Assembly: GCA_963675755.2 (NCBI GenBank)
Contig: CAXXMD010000003.1
Coordinates: forward strand, 256,001-320,000
Source: a bacterium
GTDB lineage: Bacteria > Zhuqueibacterota > Zhuqueibacteria > Residuimicrobiales > Krinioviventaceae
Reading direction: 5' to 3'
Length of the DNA: 64,000 nucleotides
Positions 9,609-19,476 of this stretch are shown piece after piece; within the stretch, counting starts at the first letter, position 1; the number at the start of each line of letters is the position of its first letter. A program made the translations under genes and the position numbers. The notes under the pieces are model-generated. The model made no database searches, was not told where the DNA came from, and saw only the letters and a list, made by a program, of their open reading frames with translations.

Positions 9609-10727
9609 TTATTTTACATTTTTTTCATAAAAACGATAGGTTTTATATCGCTTTGCATCCAGATCTTCCAGAGATCCTATCATTCTTTTATTGGTTTCAA
9701 CAATAATAGAGCATTCTGATTGCGGAAAACCCATTTTGCGTCCCTGTTCTATGGAATTCAAATAGAATACAATTTCCAGGCCGCGGTGTCTGTATTCAGG
9801 CATAACACCCATTGCAATGGTGCGTAGATTGGTTATGTGCTTCATTTCATTTAGCATTTTAAAAATACCAAAAGGCAGCAGCCTTCCATTGGCTTTTTGA
9901 ATTGCCGGATTAGCATCTTTCAGGGTTAATGCAAAGCCCACACACTCGTCACCAACATAGGCGAAATAGCTCAATTCTTCAACCGCTACATATTTTAATT
10001 CTCCTGCCATATAATGCAATTGCGCATCTGTAAGCGGTACATGCCCCCAGTTTTCCATCCAGGCATAATTGAAAATTTTACCAACCTTAAATATTGCATC
10101 ATCCAGTTCTTTTATTGACAGGTTTTCAAGCCGGATATTATTTTGTTTTAGTACCCTGTCCCTGATTTTATAAAAAGAGGGTTTTATTTCTACATCCGAA
10201 TTTACCATAAAAGCATACCAGTCAATTGCTTTGCTCATGCCATAACCTTGTACAAGGTCATTATAATAAGGCGGATTATATGACAGCATTATTACCGGCA
10301 TAGAGTCAAATCCTTCATACAACATGGCACATTCATCATACAAAGTAAAACTGATAGGACCAACCATTTTACTTTTACCTTGTTCAGCCAGCCACGCAGA
10401 AGCTTTTTCCAGCAATGCATTTGCAACCTGTTGGTCATTTATACATTCAAAAAAACCAAAGAATCCTGTCTCTTTATCCTGATATTTTTCATACTGCCCG
10501 CTAATATGAGCAGAAATACGCCCCACAATTTTACCATCTTGCCAGGCAATAAAATATTCAGCCCTGCCAAATTCAAAAAATACACCTTTCTTTTTGTTCA
10601 AAAATCTGAGTTGATCAGAAATCAATGGGGGAACCCAATAAGGATCATTTTTGTAAAGCGAAAAAGGAAATTTAATAAATTTTTTCAAATCTTGCTTACT
10701 AACCACCCGGGTAACCAGTATTTGCAT
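9609..10727 (-). CDS. Tandem-GNAT acyltransferase (YghO-like; resembles bacterial ceramide synthase)
   Basis: LKKFIKFPFSLYKNDPYWVPPL, VGRISA, GFFGFFEC, YNPPYY, NWGHVP, GVMPEYRHRGLE. Confidence 0.75.
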   Translation of the reverse strand: MQILVTRVVSKQDLKKFIKFPFSLYKNDPYWVPPLISDQLRFLNKKKGVFFEFGRAEYFIAWQDGKIVGRISAHISGQYEKYQDKETGFFGFFECINDQQVANALLEKASAWLAEQGKSKMVGPISFTLYDECAMLYEGFDSMPVIMLSYNPPYYNDLVQGYGMSKAIDWYAFMVNSDVEIKPSFYKIRDRVLKQNNIRLENLSIKELDDAIFKVGKIFNYAWMENWGHVPLTDAQLHYMAGELKYVAVEELSYFAYVGDECVGFALTLKDANPAIQKANGRLLPFGIFKMLNEMKHITNLRTIAMGVMPEYRHRGLEIVFYLNSIEQGRKMGFPQSECSIIVETNKRMIGSLEDLDAKRYKTYRFYEKNVK

Positions 10728-10843
10728 AACTTGCTCCGTTTTTCACATGTTGAACAATTAATGTATTTTTTTATTGAATTTTATTTTTATATTTATTATA
10801 TTTCAAGGTTTTGATATTAAACATATAAATAGCGAGAGGTCCA

Positions 10844-11098
10844 ATGGCACATCATAAATCAGCAATTAAACGCATTCAAACCAATGCGCGTGATAACTTG
10901 AAGAATAAAGTTTACATGTCTTCATTAAAAACTCAGGTTAAAAAAGTAAGATCTGCATCTACTAAAGAAGAAGCTGAAACTCAGTTTCGCCTTGCTTCTT
11001 CCAAACTCGACAAACTGGTAAACAAGGGCATCATCCATCGCAATAAAGCTGCGAACCAGAAATCACGTCTTGCTGCGGTTGTCAATACTATTGAATAG
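10844..11098 (+). CDS. rpsT: 30S ribosomal protein S20
   Basis: MAHHKSAIKR...KGIIHRNKAANQKSRLA; GAGG RBS. Confidence 0.97.
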   Translation: MAHHKSAIKRIQTNARDNLKNKVYMSSLKTQVKKVRSASTKEEAETQFRLASSKLDKLVNKGIIHRNKAANQKSRLAAVVNTIE

Positions 11099-11117
11099 TA
11101 TTCAAAAACTTTTTGAC

Positions 11118-11156
11118 AAAAAAATAAACCGGGTCAATTTGAAACCCGGTTTTTTG
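11118..11156. terminator. Bidirectional intrinsic terminator between convergent rpsT and guaB
   Basis: AAACCGGGT / ACCCGGTTT stem flanked by an A-run and a T-run. Confidence 0.75.
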
Positions 11157-11174
11157 GTTTATATACTCGTTTAA

Positions 11175-12650
<1,476 letters not shown>

Positions 12651-12696
12651 TTATTCTCCAAAAATATATCTATTCCAAATGATTACCTATAATTGC

Positions 12697-12746
12697 ATAA
12701 AAGCTTATGATGTCAACATAGTTATCCTGTCATCATAAGCTTTTAT
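12697..12746 (-). promoter_or_regulatory. Perfect 16-bp inverted repeat in the guaB leader (terminator or attenuator candidate)
   Basis: ATAAAAGCTTATGATG (12697-12712) and CATCATAAGCTTTTAT (12731-12746). Confidence 0.6.
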
Positions 12747-12798
12747 CAGATTATCCAAATTTGTACTATCAAACATTTCTCCGGATAATGTATCTAAA

Positions 12799-12827
12799 AG
12801 TTTAACAATTTTTTAATTAAGAATCAA
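12799..12827 (-). promoter_or_regulatory. Candidate sigma70 promoter for guaB
   Basis: TTGATT-17bp-TAAACT with TG extension on the minus strand. Confidence 0.5.
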
Positions 12828-12872
12828 CAGTTTTTTCAAGTGATTAATACTGTTTTAGGTAATCCTGATGTT

Positions 12873-13556
12873 TTACAATTCCCCAATAGTCTGAAATTCC
12901 GCATACAATTTAAGTATTGCCGGAACATAACCCCGTGTTTCTTTCCATAAAATATTATCATTTTTATTAGATGCTAACCACAAACGGGCAATACGTGGTC
13001 CCGCATTATATGCTGCCAAACCACCATCATGATCGTACATGGTTACCATTTCATTCAGATACCTGCATCCCAGACGAATATTTACCAAAGGATCGTTCAA
13101 CAATTTGCTGGAAGTCCATTCAATCCCCTCTTCTGCAGCCAAATATTCCCCGGTTGACGGCATGATCTGCATCAGGCCAATTGCACCCACACGTGAAACG
13201 ATTTGCGGGTCCCAGGTATTGGCGCTTTCATGGGTAATGGTAGCCGCTATAAAATCTATATTCAGATTCGGATACTTTACACTCATCTCATAGATTTCGT
13301 TAGCAATATCAACTCTTTGGCTGTCATTCATTTCATTATTATATTTTTCAATAATATCTACAATTTTACGCACACTTTTGCTGCGTTCCTGATCTACTTG
13401 AGCCATAGATTCATGAATAATTAAACTTTTACTTATATCGGAAATATACTGTTCCTGGCTGTTCTTGCTTTCAATTACCGCAAAAGAAACAACTACCATC
13501 ACCAATATAATTAAAAGTGCACCAAACAGAATGCTAATACTGTATTTAATTTTCAC
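12873..13556 (-). CDS. Membrane-anchored lytic transglycosylase (SLT domain)
   Basis: N-terminal TM; ITHES catalytic Glu, GAIGLMQIMP, AAYNAGP, ETRGYV. Confidence 0.9.
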   Translation of the reverse strand: MKIKYSISILFGALLIILVMVVVSFAVIESKNSQEQYISDISKSLIIHESMAQVDQERSKSVRKIVDIIEKYNNEMNDSQRVDIANEIYEMSVKYPNLNIDFIAATITHESANTWDPQIVSRVGAIGLMQIMPSTGEYLAAEEGIEWTSSKLLNDPLVNIRLGCRYLNEMVTMYDHDGGLAAYNAGPRIARLWLASNKNDNILWKETRGYVPAILKLYAEFQTIGEL

Positions 13557-13830
13557 ATCTACTCCAAATTACTTCCAAAAGCTTATTAACAACACAATAT
13601 CAATTTTTATGCCAGAACAATATAAAAAAATCGATAAAAATCACAATAATTACGAATTACTGAATTCGTTTTCAACATTATACGCACAAAACCTCTCAAT
13701 AGATTCATTTTTTATATTCAACAATAGTAGTGTAGTAAAATAGTATGGTTTCTGCGCAAATTTTTCATTTGCATGAAAAATTAAACCCCTTTTTTTTTAC
13801 CCATCAATTTAAAAACATGAATGTAATCAC

Positions 13831-13859
13831 TTGACATATTTTCAATTCTTTTGTATACT
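13831..13859 (+). promoter_or_regulatory. Near-consensus sigma70 promoter of the fumarate hydratase genes
   Basis: TTGACA-17bp-TATACT; AGGAGG RBS before the ATG at 13913. Confidence 0.7.
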
Positions 13860-13912
13860 ACACAACATGAAGAATATTTGCTTACAGCCTTAAACAAATC
13901 AGGAGGCTAGTT

Positions 13913-14755
13913 ATGCGCGAATTACCGTATGATAGTGTGGTGCAAAACGTTGCTGAGCTTTGCATTAACGCAAACTATCAACTAGGTGATGATGTCATCC
14001 AGTCATTTCAGGATAACCTGAAAAAAGAAAACTCTCCCACCGGCCGTGCAATTCTTGAACAGCTCATTGAAAATGCAAAAATCTCTAAAAACGGTGTCTT
14101 CCCACTCTGTCAGGATACCGGTTTTTCAATATTTTTTGTAGAAATGGGCCAAGATGTGCATATAACCGGCGGAACTCTGAACCAGGCCATTAATGAGGGC
14201 GTTCGCTCTGGCTACAAAGATGGATATTTAAGAAAATCTATTGTTGAAGATCCTTTACGCAGGGTCAACACAAAAGATAACACACCTGCCATCATCTGGA
14301 CAGATATTGTTCCGGGAGACAAGTTAAAAATTACCATGGCCCCAAAAGGCGGTGGAAGTGAAAACATGAGCGAAGTTGCCATGCTCAAACCTGCCGATGG
14401 CGCCGAAGGCGTCAAAAACTTTGTGATAGATAAGGTCAGCAGATCTGGTGGAAATCCCTGCCCCCCTATTATTGTGGGTGTGGGCATTGGAGGTACTTTT
14501 GAAAAAGTCGCCTGGCTGGCAAAAAAATCACTTACACGTTCAATTGGTGACCGCAATCCGGATCCATTTTACGCGGATATGGAATTAGAATTGCTTGAAA
14601 AAGTGAACAAATTAGGCATTGGACCCCAGGGTTTAGGCGGCAATACAACAGCTCTTGATGTTCACATTGAAGTACATCCGTGTCACATTGCATCGTTACC
14701 GGCGTCAGTGAATATACAATGTCATTCGGCCCGGCATAAATCGGTTGAATTGTAA
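13913..14755 (+). CDS. Class I Fe-S fumarate (tartrate-type) hydratase alpha subunit
   Basis: PLCQDTG, PKGGGSEN, NPCPP..VGVGIGG, HIASLP..VNIQCH. Confidence 0.93.
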   Translation: MRELPYDSVVQNVAELCINANYQLGDDVIQSFQDNLKKENSPTGRAILEQLIENAKISKNGVFPLCQDTGFSIFFVEMGQDVHITGGTLNQAINEGVRSGYKDGYLRKSIVEDPLRRVNTKDNTPAIIWTDIVPGDKLKITMAPKGGGSENMSEVAMLKPADGAEGVKNFVIDKVSRSGGNPCPPIIVGVGIGGTFEKVAWLAKKSLTRSIGDRNPDPFYADMELELLEKVNKLGIGPQGLGGNTTALDVHIEVHPCHIASLPASVNIQCHSARHKSVEL

Positions 14756-14780
14756 TTTTGTAAAAACAGGGAAACCTATT

Positions 14781-15338
14781 ATGGCAGAAACAATATCTTT
14801 AACAACTCCACTTGATGAAAAACAAGTGGAAAAGCTGCATGCCGGAGACAATGTATTGATCACCGGTATTATCTACACAGCACGAGATGCGGCTCATAAA
14901 CGTCTTGTTGAACTGCTTGATTCAGGTCAGGACCTCCCCATTGATGTTAAAGGACACCTGATATATTATGTTGGTCCATCACCAGCGCGCCCCGGCCAGG
15001 TAATTGGTTCAGCGGGTCCCACTACAAGTTACCGTATGGATCCCTATGCTCCTAAGATTCTAAAAGCGGGTTCACGGGGAATGATTGGTAAAGGTGAAAT
15101 GGGTGCAAATGTAGCACAAGCTCTTCAAGAGTATAAAGGTGTTTACATGACAGCAGTTGGAGGTGCCGCAGCACTGATAGCCAAATCCATTCAAGACAGC
15201 CAGGTAGTGGCTTATGATGAACTTGGTGCTGAAGCAATTAGAATGTTAACAGTAAAAGATTTTCCGGCCGTAGTTGCTCAAGACGCACATGGCGGCAATA
15301 GTTTTGTAGACGGCCGGAATCAGTATAAATCTGAATAA
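14781..15338 (+). CDS. Class I fumarate hydratase beta subunit
   Basis: TARDAAHKR, AGPTTSYRM, MIGKG, GGAAAL; start moved to MAETI. Confidence 0.93.
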   Translation: MAETISLTTPLDEKQVEKLHAGDNVLITGIIYTARDAAHKRLVELLDSGQDLPIDVKGHLIYYVGPSPARPGQVIGSAGPTTSYRMDPYAPKILKAGSRGMIGKGEMGANVAQALQEYKGVYMTAVGGAAALIAKSIQDSQVVAYDELGAEAIRMLTVKDFPAVVAQDAHGGNSFVDGRNQYKSE

Positions 15339-15340
15339 AT

Positions 15341-15721
15341 TTAAGAACGGGCGCCAGCCAAATTGGCGCCTGTTAAATTTGCATCTCGGGTAACCGCCCC
15401 TGACATATCAGATTCACGCATATCGGAATTCCAAAGATTTGCATTTTTTAAATTCGCATTCGACAAATTTGCACCAATAAACTTGCATTCACGCAAATCG
15501 GCTTGCCATAAATCTGCACCCCTCAGATCAGCTTTAGTCAAATCTGACTTGCGTAGTTCTGCTCTTCGAAGATCTGCTTTGCGGAAATCGACACCTTTTA
15601 AATCCTCATTAAAAAAATCAATTCCCCTCAAATCTATACGTTCATTGGGATTCTTTTTTCTCCACTCGTTCCAACATTTTACACCCTTTTTCAATACCGC
15701 CACTTGTTCCGGATTTGCCAT
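15341..15721 (-). CDS. Pentapeptide-repeat protein
   Basis: MANPEQ..GVKCWNEWR leader, then ADLRR/AELRK/ANLSN repeats; GAGGA RBS. Confidence 0.9.
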   Translation of the reverse strand: MANPEQVAVLKKGVKCWNEWRKKNPNERIDLRGIDFFNEDLKGVDFRKADLRRAELRKSDLTKADLRGADLWQADLRECKFIGANLSNANLKNANLWNSDMRESDMSGAVTRDANLTGANLAGARS

Positions 15722-15795
15722 TTTCTTTTCCTCAACCTTAATATTTATTGCAATATAATGTATTTTCAATCAGCAATCAAATATTTTTTAACATT

Positions 15796-16626
15796 TTAGA
15801 CAGTCGGTTTGGGTGCTGCTGGAATATCAGGACTTTCAACAAAATCCTTATTAATTGGGATCAAATGTATACTTTTTTTGGCTTTACCTGTTTTCAAAGT
15901 TTTCAAAAACATTTCTTTTTTCAAGAGTTGAATAGCAAATGACGGATCTACATCTTTGGGGCAAACATCTGAACACGCACCCGCAAAGTGACAATTGGGT
16001 GCACCATGCCCGGAAAATGTAATTTCCAGCCGCTCATCGCTGCCTTCATCACGGGAATCTGCATTGTAACGATAGGCCTGCGCTAGCGCCTGAGGACCGG
16101 CAAACTGCTCATCCGTTGCAACCGTGGGACAAGCGGCAAGGCAGAGACCGCATTTAATACAATACGCAAACTGGATGTAATTGACAAGCTCTTCAGTACT
16201 CTGAAAGTATTCACCGGTTGGCATATTCTGCTCTTTAAGATCCTTCCGGATCAAATAAGGTTTAACCGATTTATGTTTTTGAAAAAAGCCTTCAAGATCA
16301 GGCACCAGATCCCGTATGATATCATAATTGGGTAAAGGTTTTATTTGAATACGGGATTTATGTATATGCAATATTTGATTATTACAAGCCAACCGCGGAT
16401 ATCCATTAATAAACATCCCGCAAGAACCGCAAACACCCATACGGCACGATGATCTCCAGGCAAGCCCCGGCTCAAGATGCTCTTTAATCCAGTGCAGACC
16501 GTCAAGAACTGTCATTCCCTTTGTTACCGGCACGGTATATTCCTGCATTCTCGGCGCATCATCGGTTTCAGGATTGTATCGTAATACTTCAAACACAACA
16601 TTTACTTTATCAGCTAGAGTAGTCAT
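15796..16626 (-). CDS. sdhB: Succinate dehydrogenase/fumarate reductase Fe-S subunit
   Basis: SCRMGVCGSC, CIKCGLCLAACP, CHFAGACSDVCP (3Fe-4S type); start moved to MTTLAD after AGGAG. Confidence 0.95.
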   Translation of the reverse strand: MTTLADKVNVVFEVLRYNPETDDAPRMQEYTVPVTKGMTVLDGLHWIKEHLEPGLAWRSSCRMGVCGSCGMFINGYPRLACNNQILHIHKSRIQIKPLPNYDIIRDLVPDLEGFFQKHKSVKPYLIRKDLKEQNMPTGEYFQSTEELVNYIQFAYCIKCGLCLAACPTVATDEQFAGPQALAQAYRYNADSRDEGSDERLEITFSGHGAPNCHFAGACSDVCPKDVDPSFAIQLLKKEMFLKTLKTGKAKKSIHLIPINKDFVESPDIPAAPKPTV

Positions 16627-16636
16627 AATAATTCTC

Positions 16637-16999
16637 CTAATTGACAAACACGAATACTGCCGCAAACGCGCCATAAGCAAACAAGGCCAGCCCAAGAATT
16701 GTTAAAAACACTGAAATGGATTTTTCAGCGCTTTTTGACATGGAAATCTCGAATAGAATATTTTTCAATCCATACAATCCATGATACAAAGCTGAACCCA
16801 ACAACAATATATAAGTGATCATGAAAAAAATATGCTTACTGCGGTGGAATACAGATTCCGCACTGATCGGTTCACGATATCCCAACCCAATGGCTGCCAG
16901 TATTTCATCCAGGTGCATAATAAACATGTGCATACCCAAAAGGAAAAATATTACAGCACCCGCTAAAAGATGAAAAACCCATAATTTACCTTCTCGCAT
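16637..16999 (-). CDS. sdhD: Succinate dehydrogenase small membrane anchor
   Basis: Three TM segments, YHGLYGLK haem-ligand His, operon position. Confidence 0.8.
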   Translation of the reverse strand: MREGKLWVFHLLAGAVIFFLLGMHMFIMHLDEILAAIGLGYREPISAESVFHRSKHIFFMITYILLLGSALYHGLYGLKNILFEISMSKSAEKSISVFLTILGLALFAYGAFAAVFVFVN

Positions 17000-17014
17000 A
17001 ACATTCTCCCTTTT

Positions 17015-17452
17015 TTACAATACGTAAAAATCCAAACCGCCCAAAACAATTAAAATAGCGGTTAAAACCATTGCCAGAATAAAAAACGGACGCTGTCTGC
17101 GTACCGCATTGGTATACGGAATGACCGGACGCCTGGGCTTACCCATCAACATTCCCAATTCTGTAAAGAGCAAACGTAAACCATTTAATGCATGGTAAGC
17201 AAATGCAACAAAGACTAAAAATTCACCAAATTTAAAAAAAGGAGTTTCCAAAGCATGCATTGTTTGGTCCCATGCCTCCTGGCCCCAAATTCGGGTACCT
17301 GTTGCAAAAATATGTAAAATAAAATACAATAAAATACCCAAACCTGTGAGACGGTGCAGGCTGTATGCATATCGCTCCATTCCATAGCGTCCACCGCCAA
17401 GCCAGCCCCACAGACCAAGATTATTTTTCTGTTTTTTTATCTCTTGATTCAT
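17015..17452 (-). CDS. sdhC: Succinate dehydrogenase cytochrome b subunit
   Basis: SLHRLTG, YHALNGLR, three TM segments (alternative start 17464). Confidence 0.9.
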   Translation of the reverse strand: MNQEIKKQKNNLGLWGWLGGGRYGMERYAYSLHRLTGLGILLYFILHIFATGTRIWGQEAWDQTMHALETPFFKFGEFLVFVAFAYHALNGLRLLFTELGMLMGKPRRPVIPYTNAVRRQRPFFILAMVLTAILIVLGGLDFYVL

Positions 17453-17466
17453 AGTAAGCTCCATGA

Positions 17467-19185
17467 TTAATACTTGCGTTCAACGGGTTTCCAGGTAGAT
17501 ATTACAACCGGCTTGTAAGAAAATTCAATACCACCGTCTTTGGGTGTTGCCAAAGTATGCTTTAACCAGTTATCATCATCCCGAACAGGATAATCACGTC
17601 GGGCATGCGCTCCACGGGTTTCTTTTCTTTCCAACCCTCCTGCAACCATAACCTCTGCCAATTCCAGTAAATTCATAAGCTCTAAAGCGTGGATTAAATT
17701 GGTATTATAAGCGCCTGATTTATCCTGTATATTTATTTTTTTGTAACGCTGTTTCAATTCTTTGATTTTATTTAATGCCGTTTCCATCCCCTCCTGTGTT
17801 CTGAAAACGCCAACATTTAAATCCATTGTTGAACGCAATTCGCGTCGAAGTTCATACAGGTTTTCTTCACCATCCATGGCTCGGATCTCATCGGTAACCC
17901 ATTTAACTTCTTCATTAAACCGCTTTTCGGATACCTTGGGCATTCCTGTTTGATCAGCACAATAATGTGCAGCCTGCTCACCCACAATTTTACCCCATAC
18001 CAGACACTCGGCGGTAGAGTTTGAACCCAGCCGGTTTGCTCCATGCAGACTTACGCATGCAGCTTCACCCGCTGCCCAAATTCCGGGAATACGTGTTGCC
18101 CCATCTATATCGGTTTCAATTCCACCCATGGAGTAATGCGCCACAGCACGACATGGGATAGGCTCCTTTATAGGATCCAGGTCATTGTAATGCAAACACA
18201 CTTCTCTGATCAATGGCAGCCTGTCATTTATCTTGTCTGCACCTAAATGACGCAAATCCAGATAAATATAATCCAGACCACCCGGGCCTTTAAATCCACG
18301 GCCGGCTTCAATTTCTTTAATTTCAGAACGCGACACCATGTCACGCGGAGCAAGTTCCATACGCTCCGGCGCGTATTCTTTCATAAAACGCTCACCCTCA
18401 CTATTGACAAGGTAACCGCCCTCACCACGACAGGCCTCGGTCATTAAAATACCGGAAGGAACCAAACCTGTAGGATGAAATTGTACAAATTCCATATCTT
18501 CCAATGGAATTCCTGCACGGTAAGCCAATGCAAGTCCGTCACCGGTAACAGTTTGAGAGTAGGTTGTAAAACCAAACAAGGTACCACTACCACCACTGGC
18601 AATAACAAGACCTTTACCACGGATCAGGTTAAACTCTCCACTTGCCATATTGAATGCCGTCAATCCCTGGAATTGATTATCTTCAACAATAATGGAGGTT
18701 ACAAAAAACTCGTTATAATGGGTTACATTGTCATATTTTAACAATGTATCGTACAGGGTCTGCAGTTCAAAAAATCCTGTTTTGTCTGCGGCCAATACAG
18801 CACGGGGATAACTGTGCCCGCCAAAGGGACGCTGTGCAATTTTACCGTCTTCCCAGCGGGTCCACGGAATTCCCCAATGTTCAAGCTGGCGAATCTCATC
18901 AGGAATGATACGCACAAAACGATGCACTACATCCTGGTCTGCAAGGAAATCACTACCTTTAACTGTATCCCAGGCGTGAAGATCAAAACTGTCTCCCTTG
19001 TCAAGACGCAAAACCGCTGCGGTTCCGCCTTCGGCGGCTACAGAATGGGCACGCATCATTTGATTTTTTGTGATAATTGCAATTTTCAACTTTCCCTCAG
19101 ACTGCCGTGACGCCTCAATAGCTGTGCGTAAACCCGCAAGTCCTGCACCAAAGATGACCAGATCGTGATCAAGGACATTTAGCAT
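17467..19185 (-). CDS. sdhA: Succinate dehydrogenase/fumarate reductase flavoprotein
   Basis: GAGLAG, RAHSVAAEGG (FAD-His), QFHPT, HYSMGGI, HGANRLGSNS. Confidence 0.97.
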   Translation of the reverse strand: MLNVLDHDLVIFGAGLAGLRTAIEASRQSEGKLKIAIITKNQMMRAHSVAAEGGTAAVLRLDKGDSFDLHAWDTVKGSDFLADQDVVHRFVRIIPDEIRQLEHWGIPWTRWEDGKIAQRPFGGHSYPRAVLAADKTGFFELQTLYDTLLKYDNVTHYNEFFVTSIIVEDNQFQGLTAFNMASGEFNLIRGKGLVIASGGSGTLFGFTTYSQTVTGDGLALAYRAGIPLEDMEFVQFHPTGLVPSGILMTEACRGEGGYLVNSEGERFMKEYAPERMELAPRDMVSRSEIKEIEAGRGFKGPGGLDYIYLDLRHLGADKINDRLPLIREVCLHYNDLDPIKEPIPCRAVAHYSMGGIETDIDGATRIPGIWAAGEAACVSLHGANRLGSNSTAECLVWGKIVGEQAAHYCADQTGMPKVSEKRFNEEVKWVTDEIRAMDGEENLYELRRELRSTMDLNVGVFRTQEGMETALNKIKELKQRYKKINIQDKSGAYNTNLIHALELMNLLELAEVMVAGGLERKETRGAHARRDYPVRDDDNWLKHTLATPKDGGIEFSYKPVVISTWKPVERKY

Positions 19186-19420
19186 GAATACCTCCGAAAA
19201 AATATCAAAAGGATAAATGATGGTATGGTATCATAAAGAATTTTGATAAAACATGGAAAACTTTGCAAGTGGGGAACCATACTCTTTACCAAGTTTTAAA
19301 ACATAGGTACAATAATGTTATGGTGTTCTCTACAAGATAGTATTCTTCTATACTGTTGTCAAGGGAATTTTAGACTTTTCGCTAAATATGTACAATTTAA
19401 CCGGGAATATTTGTTTTTTC

Positions 19421-19449
19421 TTGCGTATTCAAGCAGAGATTGCTATACT
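19421..19449 (+). promoter_or_regulatory. Candidate sigma70 promoter (extended -10) for the GlnE-like gene
   Basis: TTGCGT-17bp-TATACT with TG; supports a start at 19477 rather than 19315. Confidence 0.55.
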
Positions 19450-19476
19450 ACGTATGGGACAATGGAGAATTGCGGT

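Noticed and set aside
15341-15721. Pentapeptide protein as a Qnr quinolone-resistance factor
   Set aside because: Too short, and it has the generic WNEWR-type leader rather than Qnr features
19264-19279. TGGTTCCCCACTTGCA as a sigma54 promoter for sdhA
   Set aside because: Spacing is right but the -24 box is poor, and it overlaps an equally plausible sigma70 -35; left uncalled
19315-19476. N-terminal extension of the 1062-aa ORF
   Set aside because: It contains a good promoter and an RBS for the ATG at 19477
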